Shown here piece after piece: positions 38,869 through 48,290 of a stretch of 48,290 nt of DNA. The notes under the pieces are model-generated. The model was not told where the DNA came from. It did not search any database and worked only from the letters and a program-made list of their open reading frames with translations. Source of the stretch: Promethearchaeota archaeon (GTDB taxonomy: Archaea > Asgardarchaeota > Lokiarchaeia > Sigyniarchaeales > SOKP01); assembly GCA_048938025.1 (NCBI GenBank), contig JBHLMP010000029.1, positions 1 through 48,290 on the forward strand, given 5' to 3'. Made by a program: the position numbers and the translations under genes. Positions within the stretch are counted from its first letter, which is position 1; each line of letters starts with the position of its first letter.

Positions 38869-40161
38869 ATGGCAAAATTAGCATGGTATGAAACTGAAAT
38901 CGCACGCAACATGATGAGCAGGATGGGTGGCAGAGCTATACGAGGTGTGTTATCAAATTATTTCTCGTCAAAGGGAATATATACAGGAAAACTTGGATTA
39001 ATTCAAGTAACCAACTTTTTGCAAGCGGCTCTTAATCCTGAAGAAAGAAGGACTTTAATAATAGTAGATGATTATACTCAAAGATTTGTTAAAAAAGTCA
39101 CAAATTATTTAGAATCTATAAATATGGAATATCATATTTGGTCAGGAGTTTTACCGGAAGTACCTATGAACACAATTGAAGAAGGAGTTAAAATTTGTGA
39201 AGAGTTTAAGCCCAAAGTCATATTTGGGATTGGTGGAGGTAGTGTTATGGACACTGTTAAAACAGTATTAATAAAATATGAAAAACCTGAACAAGATCTT
39301 TTAACAATTTTACCCTACTTTAGTTCCTTAGGATTGCGGAATAAAGTTAAATATTGGATAGCTATACCTACAACATCGGGGACTGGTTCTGAAGTTGCAC
39401 AAGCAGCAGTAATTACTGATACCAGAAGAGATCCCCCTAAAAAAATAATTGTTGTTAATGATGAATTACTTGCGGATATCGTAATACTAGATACCGATTT
39501 TGTAAAAGATATGCCACCTTTTTTAACTATGGCAACAGGTTTAGATGCACTTGCACACGCAATCGGTGCTTTTGTATCAAATTGGAGTAGTCCCTATGTA
39601 GACGCTTTAAATAAAATGGCTATAAAAGAGATTGTAAAATTCCTTCCCCGAACATATAAGTATGGAGCAAATGACCTGGAAGCTCATAATCATATGCAAA
39701 TGGCAGCATTAATGGCAGCTTTGGGAGCGCAGGGAAATATGACTTCTGGGATAGATCATGCTTTAGGACATAGTTTTGGAAAAATATTTGATGTACATCA
39801 CGGACTGTCGGTTGGAACTTTCCTGCCATATTCTATTGGATTTCAAAGAAATGTGACAGATAGATGGAAAAAATTATGTCCCATATTTGGAATAGAAAAG
39901 GAAAATAAAAATAGAGATGAATTGTTTAAAGAATTTATCCTAGCATTAAAGAATTTTATACAATCAATTGATGGACCTACTAGTATAAAGGAAATAAAAA
40001 ACCCTGTAATAAAAAAAGAAGAGTATTTTGAAAAACTTGACTTACTGGTGGATTATGCTTTTAATGATGCAGTTACTCTCGCATCTACTCGTCAGCTTAA
40101 TATAGATTTGTACAAAAAAATATTTACATATGCCTGGGATGGTAAAAACATTGATTTTTAA
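38869..40161 (+). CDS. Iron-containing alcohol dehydrogenase
   Basis: GGGSVMD, IPTTSGTGSE, DALAHA, HALGH. Confidence 0.92.
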   Translation: MAKLAWYETEIARNMMSRMGGRAIRGVLSNYFSSKGIYTGKLGLIQVTNFLQAALNPEERRTLIIVDDYTQRFVKKVTNYLESINMEYHIWSGVLPEVPMNTIEEGVKICEEFKPKVIFGIGGGSVMDTVKTVLIKYEKPEQDLLTILPYFSSLGLRNKVKYWIAIPTTSGTGSEVAQAAVITDTRRDPPKKIIVVNDELLADIVILDTDFVKDMPPFLTMATGLDALAHAIGAFVSNWSSPYVDALNKMAIKEIVKFLPRTYKYGANDLEAHNHMQMAALMAALGAQGNMTSGIDHALGHSFGKIFDVHHGLSVGTFLPYSIGFQRNVTDRWKKLCPIFGIEKENKNRDELFKEFILALKNFIQSIDGPTSIKEIKNPVIKKEEYFEKLDLLVDYAFNDAVTLASTRQLNIDLYKKIFTYAWDGKNIDF

Positions 40162-40186
40162 TAATAAATAAAAAGAGGTCAAAAAT

Positions 40187-42064
40187 ATGAGACAAAATTT
40201 AATAGGTTATAATGGAAAGATTGCTTTTGTAAACTTAAGCGTAGATAATGTTGAAATTAAGGGCTTAAATCCTCAAATAGCTATAGATTTTCTAGGTGGT
40301 ACAGGATTGAGCGCTAAATTAACATATGATCTATTAACAGATAAAGATTACACAAAATTAAAAATTAATCCTTTTTCAGAAATTAATCCATTAATTTTTG
40401 CGACTGGTCCTATTACTGGAACAATTAGGCCTTCTTCAGGAAGATATTCAGTTACAGGAATATCTCCTCTCACAAGAATTTGGGGAGAAGGTACAGCAGG
40501 AGGTACATTTTGCATATCACTACGGAGTAGTGGTTTTGATGCAATTATAATTACAGGAAAGGCTAAAGAGCCGATGTACTTATATATTCATGACGATATT
40601 ATTGAATTCAAAGAAGCAAATGATTTATGGGGTAAAGACACTTATGAAACTCAGGAAAAAATAAAAAAAGAGTTAAATGATAATAGGATTAGAGTGGCAT
40701 GTATCGGTCAAGCAGGAGAAAATTTGGTAAAATATGCTGGTATAATAAATGATGAAGGAAGGGCTATTGGAAGATGTGGTTTAGGAGCGCTAATGGGGTC
40801 AAAAAAATTAAAAGCTTTAGTAATTCTAGGTTCTAATAAAATTCAAATAGCTAATAGTAAGCTTAGTAAAGAATTATATACCCAAGCAGAACAAGAATTT
40901 AGAGAAGATTTTCTAAAAAAAACTATATTTTATGTATATAATTTATATGGCACTAACTCGTATTTAGATATTGGAATGGCATTAGGAGATACTCCAGGAT
41001 ACTATTTTACCGAAACGGAGTATCTAGCAGAAAAATTAACAGGGAAGACTTTAAAAGAACTTTACCCTGTCCTTAATTATGGTTGTGCTGGATGTACATT
41101 ACGGTGCGGTAAAACAACGATTATTGAAGACAATGGTAATGAAAGTAAAGTTGATGGCCCTGAATACGAATCTGTTGCTTCTTTAGGACCTATGATAGGA
41201 GTCTTTGATCCTAAAACTGTAATATTAGCATCCCATAAATGCAATATTTATGGATTTGATACTATTTCTGGGGGAGTATGTATATCATTTCTCATATATT
41301 TAATTGAAAATAATATAGGAATAGAGAAAATAAAGCAATTCTTGAAAGATATTAGAATTGAAGACATTAAATGGGGAAATTCAGAATTATTATTAATGCT
41401 AATTGATAAGATTTCAAAAAGAGATGGAATTGGAGATATATTAGCTGAAGGGGTTAAAATTATGGCAAAAAGGTTTGATGTTGATCCAGAGTTAGCAGCT
41501 CATGTTAAGGGTTTAGAAATTCCTATGCATGAACCAAGAGCCTTTGCTGGGCAAGCTTTAAGTTATATGACTTGCTGTGTAGGGGCTAATCACGAGAAAT
41601 GTGATTGGTATGGCACTGAACTTGGTTTTTTTAACTATCAAAATTTGCGTGTTAAACAAGGTGATAGGTTTAAGATAAAAGGACGCGAAAAAGGGGTAAT
41701 TAATCTTCAAGATCTTAGAGCTATCGATGATTCTGCTGTTAATTGTAATTTTAGAAATCCTTCATTTGAACATATAATTGGATATATAAATGCTGCTACT
41801 GGATTTAACTATAATATTAAATCTATAATGCGTGTTGGAGAACGAATTAATAATATTAAAAGATTAATTAATTGTAACCTTGGTATAACTCGAGAAGATG
41901 ATAAATTGCCAGGGCATTTCTATAAGATTTTAAAAAAGGGGAAAATAGCAGGAGTAAAACTTGATTTAGAACAAAATTTAAAAAGGTATTATCAAATACG
42001 AGATTGGGATTGGGAAACTGGTAGACCTAATGAAGAGAAATTAAAAGAACTTGGAATAATTTAA
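40187..42064 (+). CDS. aor: Tungsten aldehyde:ferredoxin oxidoreductase family protein
   Basis: CIGQAGENLV, GRCGLGALMGSKKLKA, CAGCTLRC, GPEYE. Confidence 0.92.
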   Translation: MRQNLIGYNGKIAFVNLSVDNVEIKGLNPQIAIDFLGGTGLSAKLTYDLLTDKDYTKLKINPFSEINPLIFATGPITGTIRPSSGRYSVTGISPLTRIWGEGTAGGTFCISLRSSGFDAIIITGKAKEPMYLYIHDDIIEFKEANDLWGKDTYETQEKIKKELNDNRIRVACIGQAGENLVKYAGIINDEGRAIGRCGLGALMGSKKLKALVILGSNKIQIANSKLSKELYTQAEQEFREDFLKKTIFYVYNLYGTNSYLDIGMALGDTPGYYFTETEYLAEKLTGKTLKELYPVLNYGCAGCTLRCGKTTIIEDNGNESKVDGPEYESVASLGPMIGVFDPKTVILASHKCNIYGFDTISGGVCISFLIYLIENNIGIEKIKQFLKDIRIEDIKWGNSELLLMLIDKISKRDGIGDILAEGVKIMAKRFDVDPELAAHVKGLEIPMHEPRAFAGQALSYMTCCVGANHEKCDWYGTELGFFNYQNLRVKQGDRFKIKGREKGVINLQDLRAIDDSAVNCNFRNPSFEHIIGYINAATGFNYNIKSIMRVGERINNIKRLINCNLGITREDDKLPGHFYKILKKGKIAGVKLDLEQNLKRYYQIRDWDWETGRPNEEKLKELGII

Positions 42065-42069
42065 AATTT

Positions 42070-43059
42070 TTATATTAAATCAACAATTTCTTCAGGAAAT
42101 TCTTCCCCTTTATTTTTCATACGATTCAACATATCTTTCACTTCTGATATTGTATTTCCATAAATATGAAGAGAATTACTAAAATCTAAATAATGTCCCA
42201 TTTCTACACCTAGTTGTTCTGCTATTTTCTTTTGTATTCTTATCATACCATTTACATTTGCTTCCCATGCTCGAAATAAATCTCGACTTCTCCAGGTTGT
42301 CTGCATTATTAATTGACCATCTTTAATCCGCATATAAATTCTTTGTAAACATGGAGGATCCACATGATACGGGTCGACTAGAGGCCTCCAGGTTATAGCT
42401 TGAGCCCTACGAGTGTATGGTTTATCTCTTAATTTTTGAATGATATATTCTATTTGGTTAATTCTTGGAAAGTTGAAGATACTAATAGGTAATTTATCTA
42501 TTCCAATCTGTTCTGAGATAGTTTTGTCCAAATCAAATTCTACTCCCTCTTTGAGCTTCCAAATATTTGATTCTGTAACTTTTTCTGCTTTTTTTAATTT
42601 TTGGTGCTTTTTTACAAATTCATTATCAACAAGGTGTAAATCATAATTCTTATGGATAGTATCTTCTAAGGAAAAGGGTGTATAATTAAAAATTCTGTCA
42701 TGATAAGAATAGGGAAAACTAACGCCTGAATCCCATAAATAATGATCATTTACACCGTCCATGATTTCTTCAATATACCCACTTTGAATAGAGCCAATTA
42801 AGTAAGTATCTGCCATACAACCATAAACTTCATAAGAATTATCGTATTTAGATCTGATTTTCATAACTTTATCTCTTCGCGTTATTGGACTGCTTAAAGG
42901 TTCTTTAATTTCAATTAATACAGAAGCATCCTTAGAGGGAGGGTCTTCAGGTTTATCATATTCCGTCTTTATATCATCACCATTATATAAAACCTGTGCT
43001 ATAGCTGAGAGCCATGCATCTCGAACATTATTTTTTGAAATGAAAAAAACTTTTGCCAT
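42070..43059 (-). CDS. thyA: Archaeal-type thymidylate synthase with internal insertion
   Basis: YSYHDRI, TRRAQAITW, DPPCLQ, WRSRDLFRAWEAN, SLHIY. Confidence 0.85.
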   Translation of the reverse strand: MAKVFFISKNNVRDAWLSAIAQVLYNGDDIKTEYDKPEDPPSKDASVLIEIKEPLSSPITRRDKVMKIRSKYDNSYEVYGCMADTYLIGSIQSGYIEEIMDGVNDHYLWDSGVSFPYSYHDRIFNYTPFSLEDTIHKNYDLHLVDNEFVKKHQKLKKAEKVTESNIWKLKEGVEFDLDKTISEQIGIDKLPISIFNFPRINQIEYIIQKLRDKPYTRRAQAITWRPLVDPYHVDPPCLQRIYMRIKDGQLIMQTTWRSRDLFRAWEANVNGMIRIQKKIAEQLGVEMGHYLDFSNSLHIYGNTISEVKDMLNRMKNKGEEFPEEIVDLI

Positions 43060-43295
43060 TTTTAAACAATCTCATAAAAATTTTTTTTTTAATACTATTA
43101 TGGAAAAGTGTGACACTCTCCATTATAATCTATCTGTTTAAAATTTAATAAAATTTCATTGAGTATCAGAAATTTTTAATTCAAGTCTTTAGATATCACA
43201 ATATTTAAAAAAACTGACCCTACATTGCAATTATAAGAATATATCAATTAATTTATAACAAAAATATTAATAATTATATAAAAAAGTGTGAAAAT

Positions 43296-43469
43296 ATGGG
43301 TGGACTAGGCAAAAAATTGAAAAAGGGATTTGCTAAGGCAGCTGGCGGTCTCGTGGAGAATGTAACTGGTAGTGAAGCTCTCGGAAAAGGTGTGAAAAAG
43401 GGTATAAAGAAAGGAAGTGTAAAGAAGGGTTTCGAAAAGGCGGTAAAAGAAGCTAGTGACGACGATTAA
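43296..43469 (+). CDS. Small Lys/Gly-rich protein (57 aa, not in ORF track)
   Basis: MGGLGKKLKKGFAKAAGGLVENVTGSEALGKGVKKGIKKGSVKKGFEKAVKEASDDD*; G-rich island with TATA-like TTATATAAA upstream and T-tract downstream. Confidence 0.75.
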   Translation: MGGLGKKLKKGFAKAAGGLVENVTGSEALGKGVKKGIKKGSVKKGFEKAVKEASDDD

Positions 43470-43574
43470 AAGTATTTTTAAATCTATTTTTTTTTATTTT
43501 TTATTATCATCAAATTTTTAATACTAAATTACTTTAGAATTCTTAGGTTAATTAAATAGAAGATTTTTATAGAA

Positions 43575-43865
43575 ATGAAGCTACACCTTGAATTTTCTCC
43601 TCCATTCAATGAAGTAACTAAAGAAATTTATACAACATTTGAATTTGATAAAGAATTAACATTAAAAGAGTTATTAGATTTCTTTAAAAACAAGTATGGA
43701 AACGAATTTATTGATTTGGTCTGGGAAAAAGGAAAGGAGGGAGAATTTAACAAGCTTCTCTCTCTTATTATAAATGGACATAGTTATCGTCATGATAAAT
43801 TTTTAGACACTATATTAAAAGATGAAGATCAGATAGTATTTATCTACATCTATTTTGGCGGTTAA
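43575..43865 (+). CDS. MoaD/ThiS/SAMP ubiquitin-like sulfur carrier
   Basis: Beta-grasp pattern, LIING, ILKDEDQI, C-terminal GG. Confidence 0.85.
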   Translation: MKLHLEFSPPFNEVTKEIYTTFEFDKELTLKELLDFFKNKYGNEFIDLVWEKGKEGEFNKLLSLIINGHSYRHDKFLDTILKDEDQIVFIYIYFGG

Positions 43866-43881
43866 ATCTTTTAGAAAGAAT

Positions 43882-44925
43882 CTATAATATGAATATTAAC
43901 CACATTCCAAATCCAGTTAATAAAGGATTTAAAATATTATCTGAAATATTTTTTGTATATGCATCAACTATTAGAAACAATAGTGTTGCCACAGTAGCCA
44001 TTAAAAGAATTTTCACAATACTTACTGGCATCCAAACATGATATAATATTGTAATTATAAAAACAATTAAGAATGTTGTAAAACCACCAGCAATAAAACC
44101 CTCAATTGTTTTATTAGAAGTTTTTCTAAGGCTATGTTTTCCGTACTTTTTCCCTATTATGCAAGCTGCCGCATCTGCTCCAGTAGTTATTAAAGCTACA
44201 GAAGCAAATATGGGGAATGGAGTAAAAATAAAAGGAATAAAAGACAAAACTAAAGGTGTTGAAGCTATAAATGTATATAATTCATTTTGCTTCATATCTA
44301 AGTACCATCTCTTAGCCCAATTGGGAATCATATAAAATCTATTTAATCGTGCTAGATCTGCTATCTGAAACATAATTATAAATCCAAAACCAACTGTAAT
44401 TATCAACCAATATGCAAAACTATAATTATCTAAACCGAATTTATTTAAAATTCCTAGATCTTCGAGTATAACTCCCAGTGTCCAAAAAAAGAAGATAATA
44501 AATGTAGTAAATAAGTGTAAAAATTTTCTTCCTAATTCGCTTTTCAAATCATCAACCCAATTTTCATTAAATTCTTCACAATATTTACTATAATCTCTTT
44601 CTTTCATAATTTCAGGATTTCTTTTTGAAATTATAGTATTATAAATTAGAATACCAAATAAAATTCCTAATTCTACAAGGAATATGGTAGAGGTAAAAAA
44701 CCACATGAAATTTAAAGACTCTGATGATAAATCAGGGGAATGAAATTGAAACATAAACGGAAATAAAATGCCTGCTATTAAAAGCAATGCTACTATTAAA
44801 AGTTCATTTATGAATAAGTGATTTTCAATCTTTTTTTTTTTGTTTCTGATAACATAAATAAATGTAATGATTGTATACCCAAAAAAGATTAAAGTCGTAG
44901 GTAAATACAACATGATGTTAACCAA
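43882..44925 (-). CDS. CTP-dependent polyprenol/diacylglycerol kinase family (SEC59/Dgk1/VTE5-like)
   Basis: ELGRKFLH, GADAAACIIGKKYG, NKTIEG, SDNILNP. Confidence 0.8.
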   Translation of the reverse strand: MVNIMLYLPTTLIFFGYTIITFIYVIRNKKKKIENHLFINELLIVALLLIAGILFPFMFQFHSPDLSSESLNFMWFFTSTIFLVELGILFGILIYNTIISKRNPEIMKERDYSKYCEEFNENWVDDLKSELGRKFLHLFTTFIIFFFWTLGVILEDLGILNKFGLDNYSFAYWLIITVGFGFIIMFQIADLARLNRFYMIPNWAKRWYLDMKQNELYTFIASTPLVLSFIPFIFTPFPIFASVALITTGADAAACIIGKKYGKHSLRKTSNKTIEGFIAGGFTTFLIVFIITILYHVWMPVSIVKILLMATVATLLFLIVDAYTKNISDNILNPLLTGFGMWLIFIL

Positions 44926-44975
44926 TAAAGTCGAATAATTTAAAAATTTTTATTAATCTTATTTGTTCTTTTCTA

Positions 44976-46082
44976 TTAAATCCATGCCAAAATAATCGAG
45001 TAATAATTAAAACTAAAAATGAAACGTATAATCACGTATACAAGGCTAGATCCAATTGGGATTAATAAATTATCTGATAAATTTAGTGGTTTATTTGTTA
45101 TTACATCAAAAACTAAAAAACCAAAAGAAAAAATTAATGACCAGTAAAATCCCATGAAAAAGCTACAAATTATAAATGATACAATTGTCCCAGCAGTAGT
45201 TCCCTCCCATGTTTTGTTTTGATTCCATGAAATATGTCTCTTACCAAATCTAATTCCAATTTGACTGGTCATTAAATCACTAATTGAGCTCATTCCTAAG
45301 ATTGCAAAAAAGACCATTGGAGGACACAGAAACGCAGCAAACATATGCCCTATCGTAAAATAAAGGTAAGTACCATAACTTTTTTTTTCCTCTTCAGTGA
45401 GATAAAATTTAGAAAAAATATTAAATGGAAATGAGAGATTTTTAGATTTTCGCGTAAATTCATTTGCTAGTATAAACAAGCAAATCGTGTAAAAAAAGAA
45501 AAATAATGCGTAATAAAGCCATCCAAAATTAAACAGAACCTGTTTAATTGAATTTGGTTTAATTAAAATTTTAAAATATAGCAATAACATATTATTTTCT
45601 TCAGGAATCATACCTTCTGTTGTCCCGGTATAGGATTTTACAATATACACGCCAAGACTCCAAGCACTTAATAATACAACAAATATTAAAACATGGTTAA
45701 TTTTTCGATAAACATCTTTCCTAACTTTACTCCTGCTTTTTATTTTTTTTTCAATTTTCTTTCCCATATCTGAAAGGTCTTTTTTAGAAATCCTTTTATA
45801 AAAATAAGCGAATCCCGTTGATAATAAAATTAAAATACTTATACACAAAAAGGGTCCATTAAGAGTTAAAAGCATAATGGGAAGAATAATTTCATGAAGT
45901 TCTACTTCTAGACTCAATAAAAGGAGAAATAGGAGGATATGGATGAAAATAGAATACATAGCACTAAAACTAACAATAATATTTAAAAAGTCAGGTTTAT
46001 GAGAGAAATGTATGTATATATATAGAATGCAAAAATAAGAAGCTAGTAATGTAATAAAACAAGGATAAAAATATTCCATCAT
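44976..46082 (-). CDS. CTP-dependent polyprenol/diacylglycerol kinase family, second paralog
   Basis: DVYRKINH, SDLMTSQIGIRFG, NKTWEG, SDNLLIP. Confidence 0.8.
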   Translation of the reverse strand: MMEYFYPCFITLLASYFCILYIYIHFSHKPDFLNIIVSFSAMYSIFIHILLFLLLLSLEVELHEIILPIMLLTLNGPFLCISILILLSTGFAYFYKRISKKDLSDMGKKIEKKIKSRSKVRKDVYRKINHVLIFVVLLSAWSLGVYIVKSYTGTTEGMIPEENNMLLLYFKILIKPNSIKQVLFNFGWLYYALFFFFYTICLFILANEFTRKSKNLSFPFNIFSKFYLTEEEKKSYGTYLYFTIGHMFAAFLCPPMVFFAILGMSSISDLMTSQIGIRFGKRHISWNQNKTWEGTTAGTIVSFIICSFFMGFYWSLIFSFGFLVFDVITNKPLNLSDNLLIPIGSSLVYVIIRFIFSFNYYSIILAWI

Positions 46083-46262
46083 GATTTTGAATTTAACAAT
46101 AAATTCTTTCTAACAAATTATGTTGGTTAGCACCTTTAATTAAATGTATATGTTTTTCATCCAATTGAAATTATTAAGTTCAAAATAATCTTCTTAACAA
46201 AATTTACAAAAAATTGAATCTTATAAGTATATAGGTAAGAATTTAATAAATTAAGGTGATAA

Positions 46263-46877
46263 TTGTTGAAAAGTATTATTTTAGCCTCAAAATCGATCGA
46301 TCGAAGCAAATTGTTTAAAGATGCTAAAATTCCAATTGAAATTTTAGGTTCAGATATCGTTGAGGAGAATTTTAAAAAAAAAATAGGGGAGCCTATTAAA
46401 CTTGTAAAGGAATTAGCCAAAGCTAAAGCTTTATACACAAAAAATCTTTTATCAGAAAGTAAAAGAGATGCATTCATAGTAGCAGCAGATACTATTATAG
46501 AATTCAATGGAGAGGTGATCGGGAAAGCGAATGATGAGCAAAAAGCTCTCCAAATCTTAAAAAGATTAACAGGCAATGTTCACAATTTATTAACAGGGAT
46601 TGCAATCACAAGATCTATTGATCCTAAAATTGTTGTTGATTATGAAAGCACTGTTGTAAAATTTCTTGAATTGTCAGATAAAGAAATTAGGTGTTATCTC
46701 AAATCTGGGGATTGGAAGGGGAGAGCTGGAGCATATGCAATTACTGAAAAAGCAAGTCTATTTATAGAGTATATTCAAGGATCCTTTTCAAATGTAATTG
46801 GGTTACCTATGCATAAAATTTATCTAATATTGAAAAACCACTTTAATTTGAATTTATTAGAAATTACAGAAATTTAA
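46263..46877 (+). CDS. maf: Maf nucleoside triphosphate pyrophosphatase
   Basis: IILASKS..R, AKAKA, AADT, GRAGAY, NVIGLP. Confidence 0.92.
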   Translation: MLKSIILASKSIDRSKLFKDAKIPIEILGSDIVEENFKKKIGEPIKLVKELAKAKALYTKNLLSESKRDAFIVAADTIIEFNGEVIGKANDEQKALQILKRLTGNVHNLLTGIAITRSIDPKIVVDYESTVVKFLELSDKEIRCYLKSGDWKGRAGAYAITEKASLFIEYIQGSFSNVIGLPMHKIYLILKNHFNLNLLEITEI

Positions 46878-46885
46878 GTTTAAAA

Positions 46886-47461
46886 ATGAGAAACATTAAA
46901 ATTTGTGTTGGATCCTTAAATCCTACAAAAATTTATGCTGTAGAAACAGGATTCGGGAAATATTTTAAAAAAATTGAAGTTTTTAAGATAAAAGCAAACT
47001 CGAAAGTCTCAAATCAACCTATAGGAATGGAAAAAATCTTAAAAGGAGCCACTAATAGAGCTAAAACCGCTTTAGATTATCTTTTAAACGAAATAAATGA
47101 AAAACGTGATATATTTGGAATAGGAATTGAGGCAGGATTAGTTCCAGTTCCCCTTACTAAAACTGGATATATGGATTTTCAATTTTGTGCTATAATTGAT
47201 GAAAACTATAAAATTTCCTTAGGTTCGGGTATCGCCTTTGAATATCCTCATTTTGTTATTAATAAAATTCTAAACAACAATGATTTAGAAATTGGTCAAA
47301 TTGTAGGAGAACTTGCTGGTAATCTGAATTTAAAAAATGAATTAGGTGCTATTAGTTTCTTAAGCAAAAATAGAATAAAAAGATCCGAAATTTTAACTCA
47401 AGCAGTAATTTGTGCATTGCTTCCATGGATCAATAAGAAATTATATGAAGAATCAAAATGA
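46886..47461 (+). CDS. yjjX: Inosine/xanthosine triphosphatase (YjjX/DUF84)
   Basis: VGSLNPTKI, VSNQP, GATNRA, GIEAG, GAISFLS. Confidence 0.9.
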   Translation: MRNIKICVGSLNPTKIYAVETGFGKYFKKIEVFKIKANSKVSNQPIGMEKILKGATNRAKTALDYLLNEINEKRDIFGIGIEAGLVPVPLTKTGYMDFQFCAIIDENYKISLGSGIAFEYPHFVINKILNNNDLEIGQIVGELAGNLNLKNELGAISFLSKNRIKRSEILTQAVICALLPWINKKLYEESK

Positions 47462-47475
47462 TATAAAATTTAGCA

Positions 47476-47646
47476 TTAATCCATAGATATATCTTTCCAA
47501 ACTTTTAGATCTTCATAGAATTTTAATATCTTTTCTAGATTGATTGCTAAATCCTCATAATAATTTTGATCTGCATATTTTCTCTTAGCTAAGGTTTTGG
47601 CAAGTTTTAATTCAGTTTTATATCTGATAATTTTATCTTCAATCAC
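47476..47646 (-). CDS. Small hypothetical protein (probable true start near 47646)
   Basis: Protein-like C-terminal part of the 85-aa track ORF: (V)IEDKIIRYKTELKLAKTL...KFYEDLKVWKD. Confidence 0.45.
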   Translation of the reverse strand: MIEDKIIRYKTELKLAKTLAKRKYADQNYYEDLAINLEKILKFYEDLKVWKDISMD

Positions 47647-47769
47647 ATAGGGTTTACAAAAATTAGTATATTTGAAATAATGAAATATCGAGATAATATG
47701 AAGAAAAAAATGCATTTTTATGCAAATTTTCAATTTATATCTGAAAATCTTACGGTTCTCGAATGTTCC

Positions 47770-48101
47770 TCAGTCTGAGGGAAAAATCTTAATTGCTTCT
47801 TTTATAACATCCATTCTTAAAGTAGGTTCTCCACCAGTTAAAACTTTGTTCCTAATTTTCTATGGTATTTAAAAACCTTAATCCATTCTTCGTTTGATAA
47901 TTGCGTTCTTTTATTTTTTAATTCCGTTGTTGATGAGAAAAAATAGCAATGTTTGCATTTTAAGTTACATTGCCAAGTTAAATCATAATTCACATAAAAC
48001 GGAACTTTTCTTACTATCGACTGTAAAAATGATGGACTCATGCAAATAAGACTTATTATATTTTTCACAGTAAATAGTCCCATAATCAATATAAGATTCA
48101 A
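47770..48101 (-). pseudogene. Radical SAM pseudogene (frameshifted and truncated)
   Basis: CNLKCKHC motif, stop at 47838; LTGGEPTLRMDVIKEAIKIFPSD* continues in another frame; rest of the barrel is missing. Confidence 0.8.
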
Positions 48102-48290
48102 TATTTTAAAAATAAGTCTTAAAATATAATTAATTATTGCTCAAATTCAATCCCTAATAAATATGGATGAGAATATCCAATCAACTGAATTGTCCTATAA
48201 TAATTTCACCACCCTCTCAAAACAAATAGAAATTTAAATCAATAAAAAAAATATTAAATGCTTATATAATTTAAAATCTTTATAAAAATT

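Noticed and set aside
43098-43125. Imperfect palindrome ATGGAAAAGTG-TGA-CACTCTCCAT upstream of thyA
   Set aside because: Single imperfect instance that cannot be distinguished from chance without orthologs.
47765-47780. Selenocysteine readthrough at the TGA in the radical SAM remnant
   Set aside because: Not at a Cys-equivalent position, there is an upstream frameshift, and no SECIS is evident.

Overview
AT-rich archaeal chromosomal window, most likely Asgard (Lokiarchaeia/Promethearchaeota). This call rests on roadblock/longin-like proteins, a Loki-CTERM-type surface protein, several SCP2 proteins, archaeal ThyA and tRNAs with BHB introns. It carries a Thermotoga-type inositol pathway (iolM, iolO, iolN). 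The divergent iolO/iolN pair is split by a ~2.5-kb decayed integrative element bounded by a perfect 20-bp direct repeat. The element holds a truncated tyrosine integrase, two ORFs each preceded by the same hairpin motif, and a run of four stem-loops. Other content: two tRNAs with introns at non-canonical positions; a methyltransferase plus HgcAB-like corrinoid/ferredoxin fusion; a mirror-image AOR/Fe-ADH/SCP2 cluster near MoaD and two polyprenol-kinase-like genes; an unannotated cationic 57-aa peptide; several genes that appear to start at ATT/ATC/ATA; and pseudogenes. All calls come from motifs and recalled family knowledge; no database searches were run.
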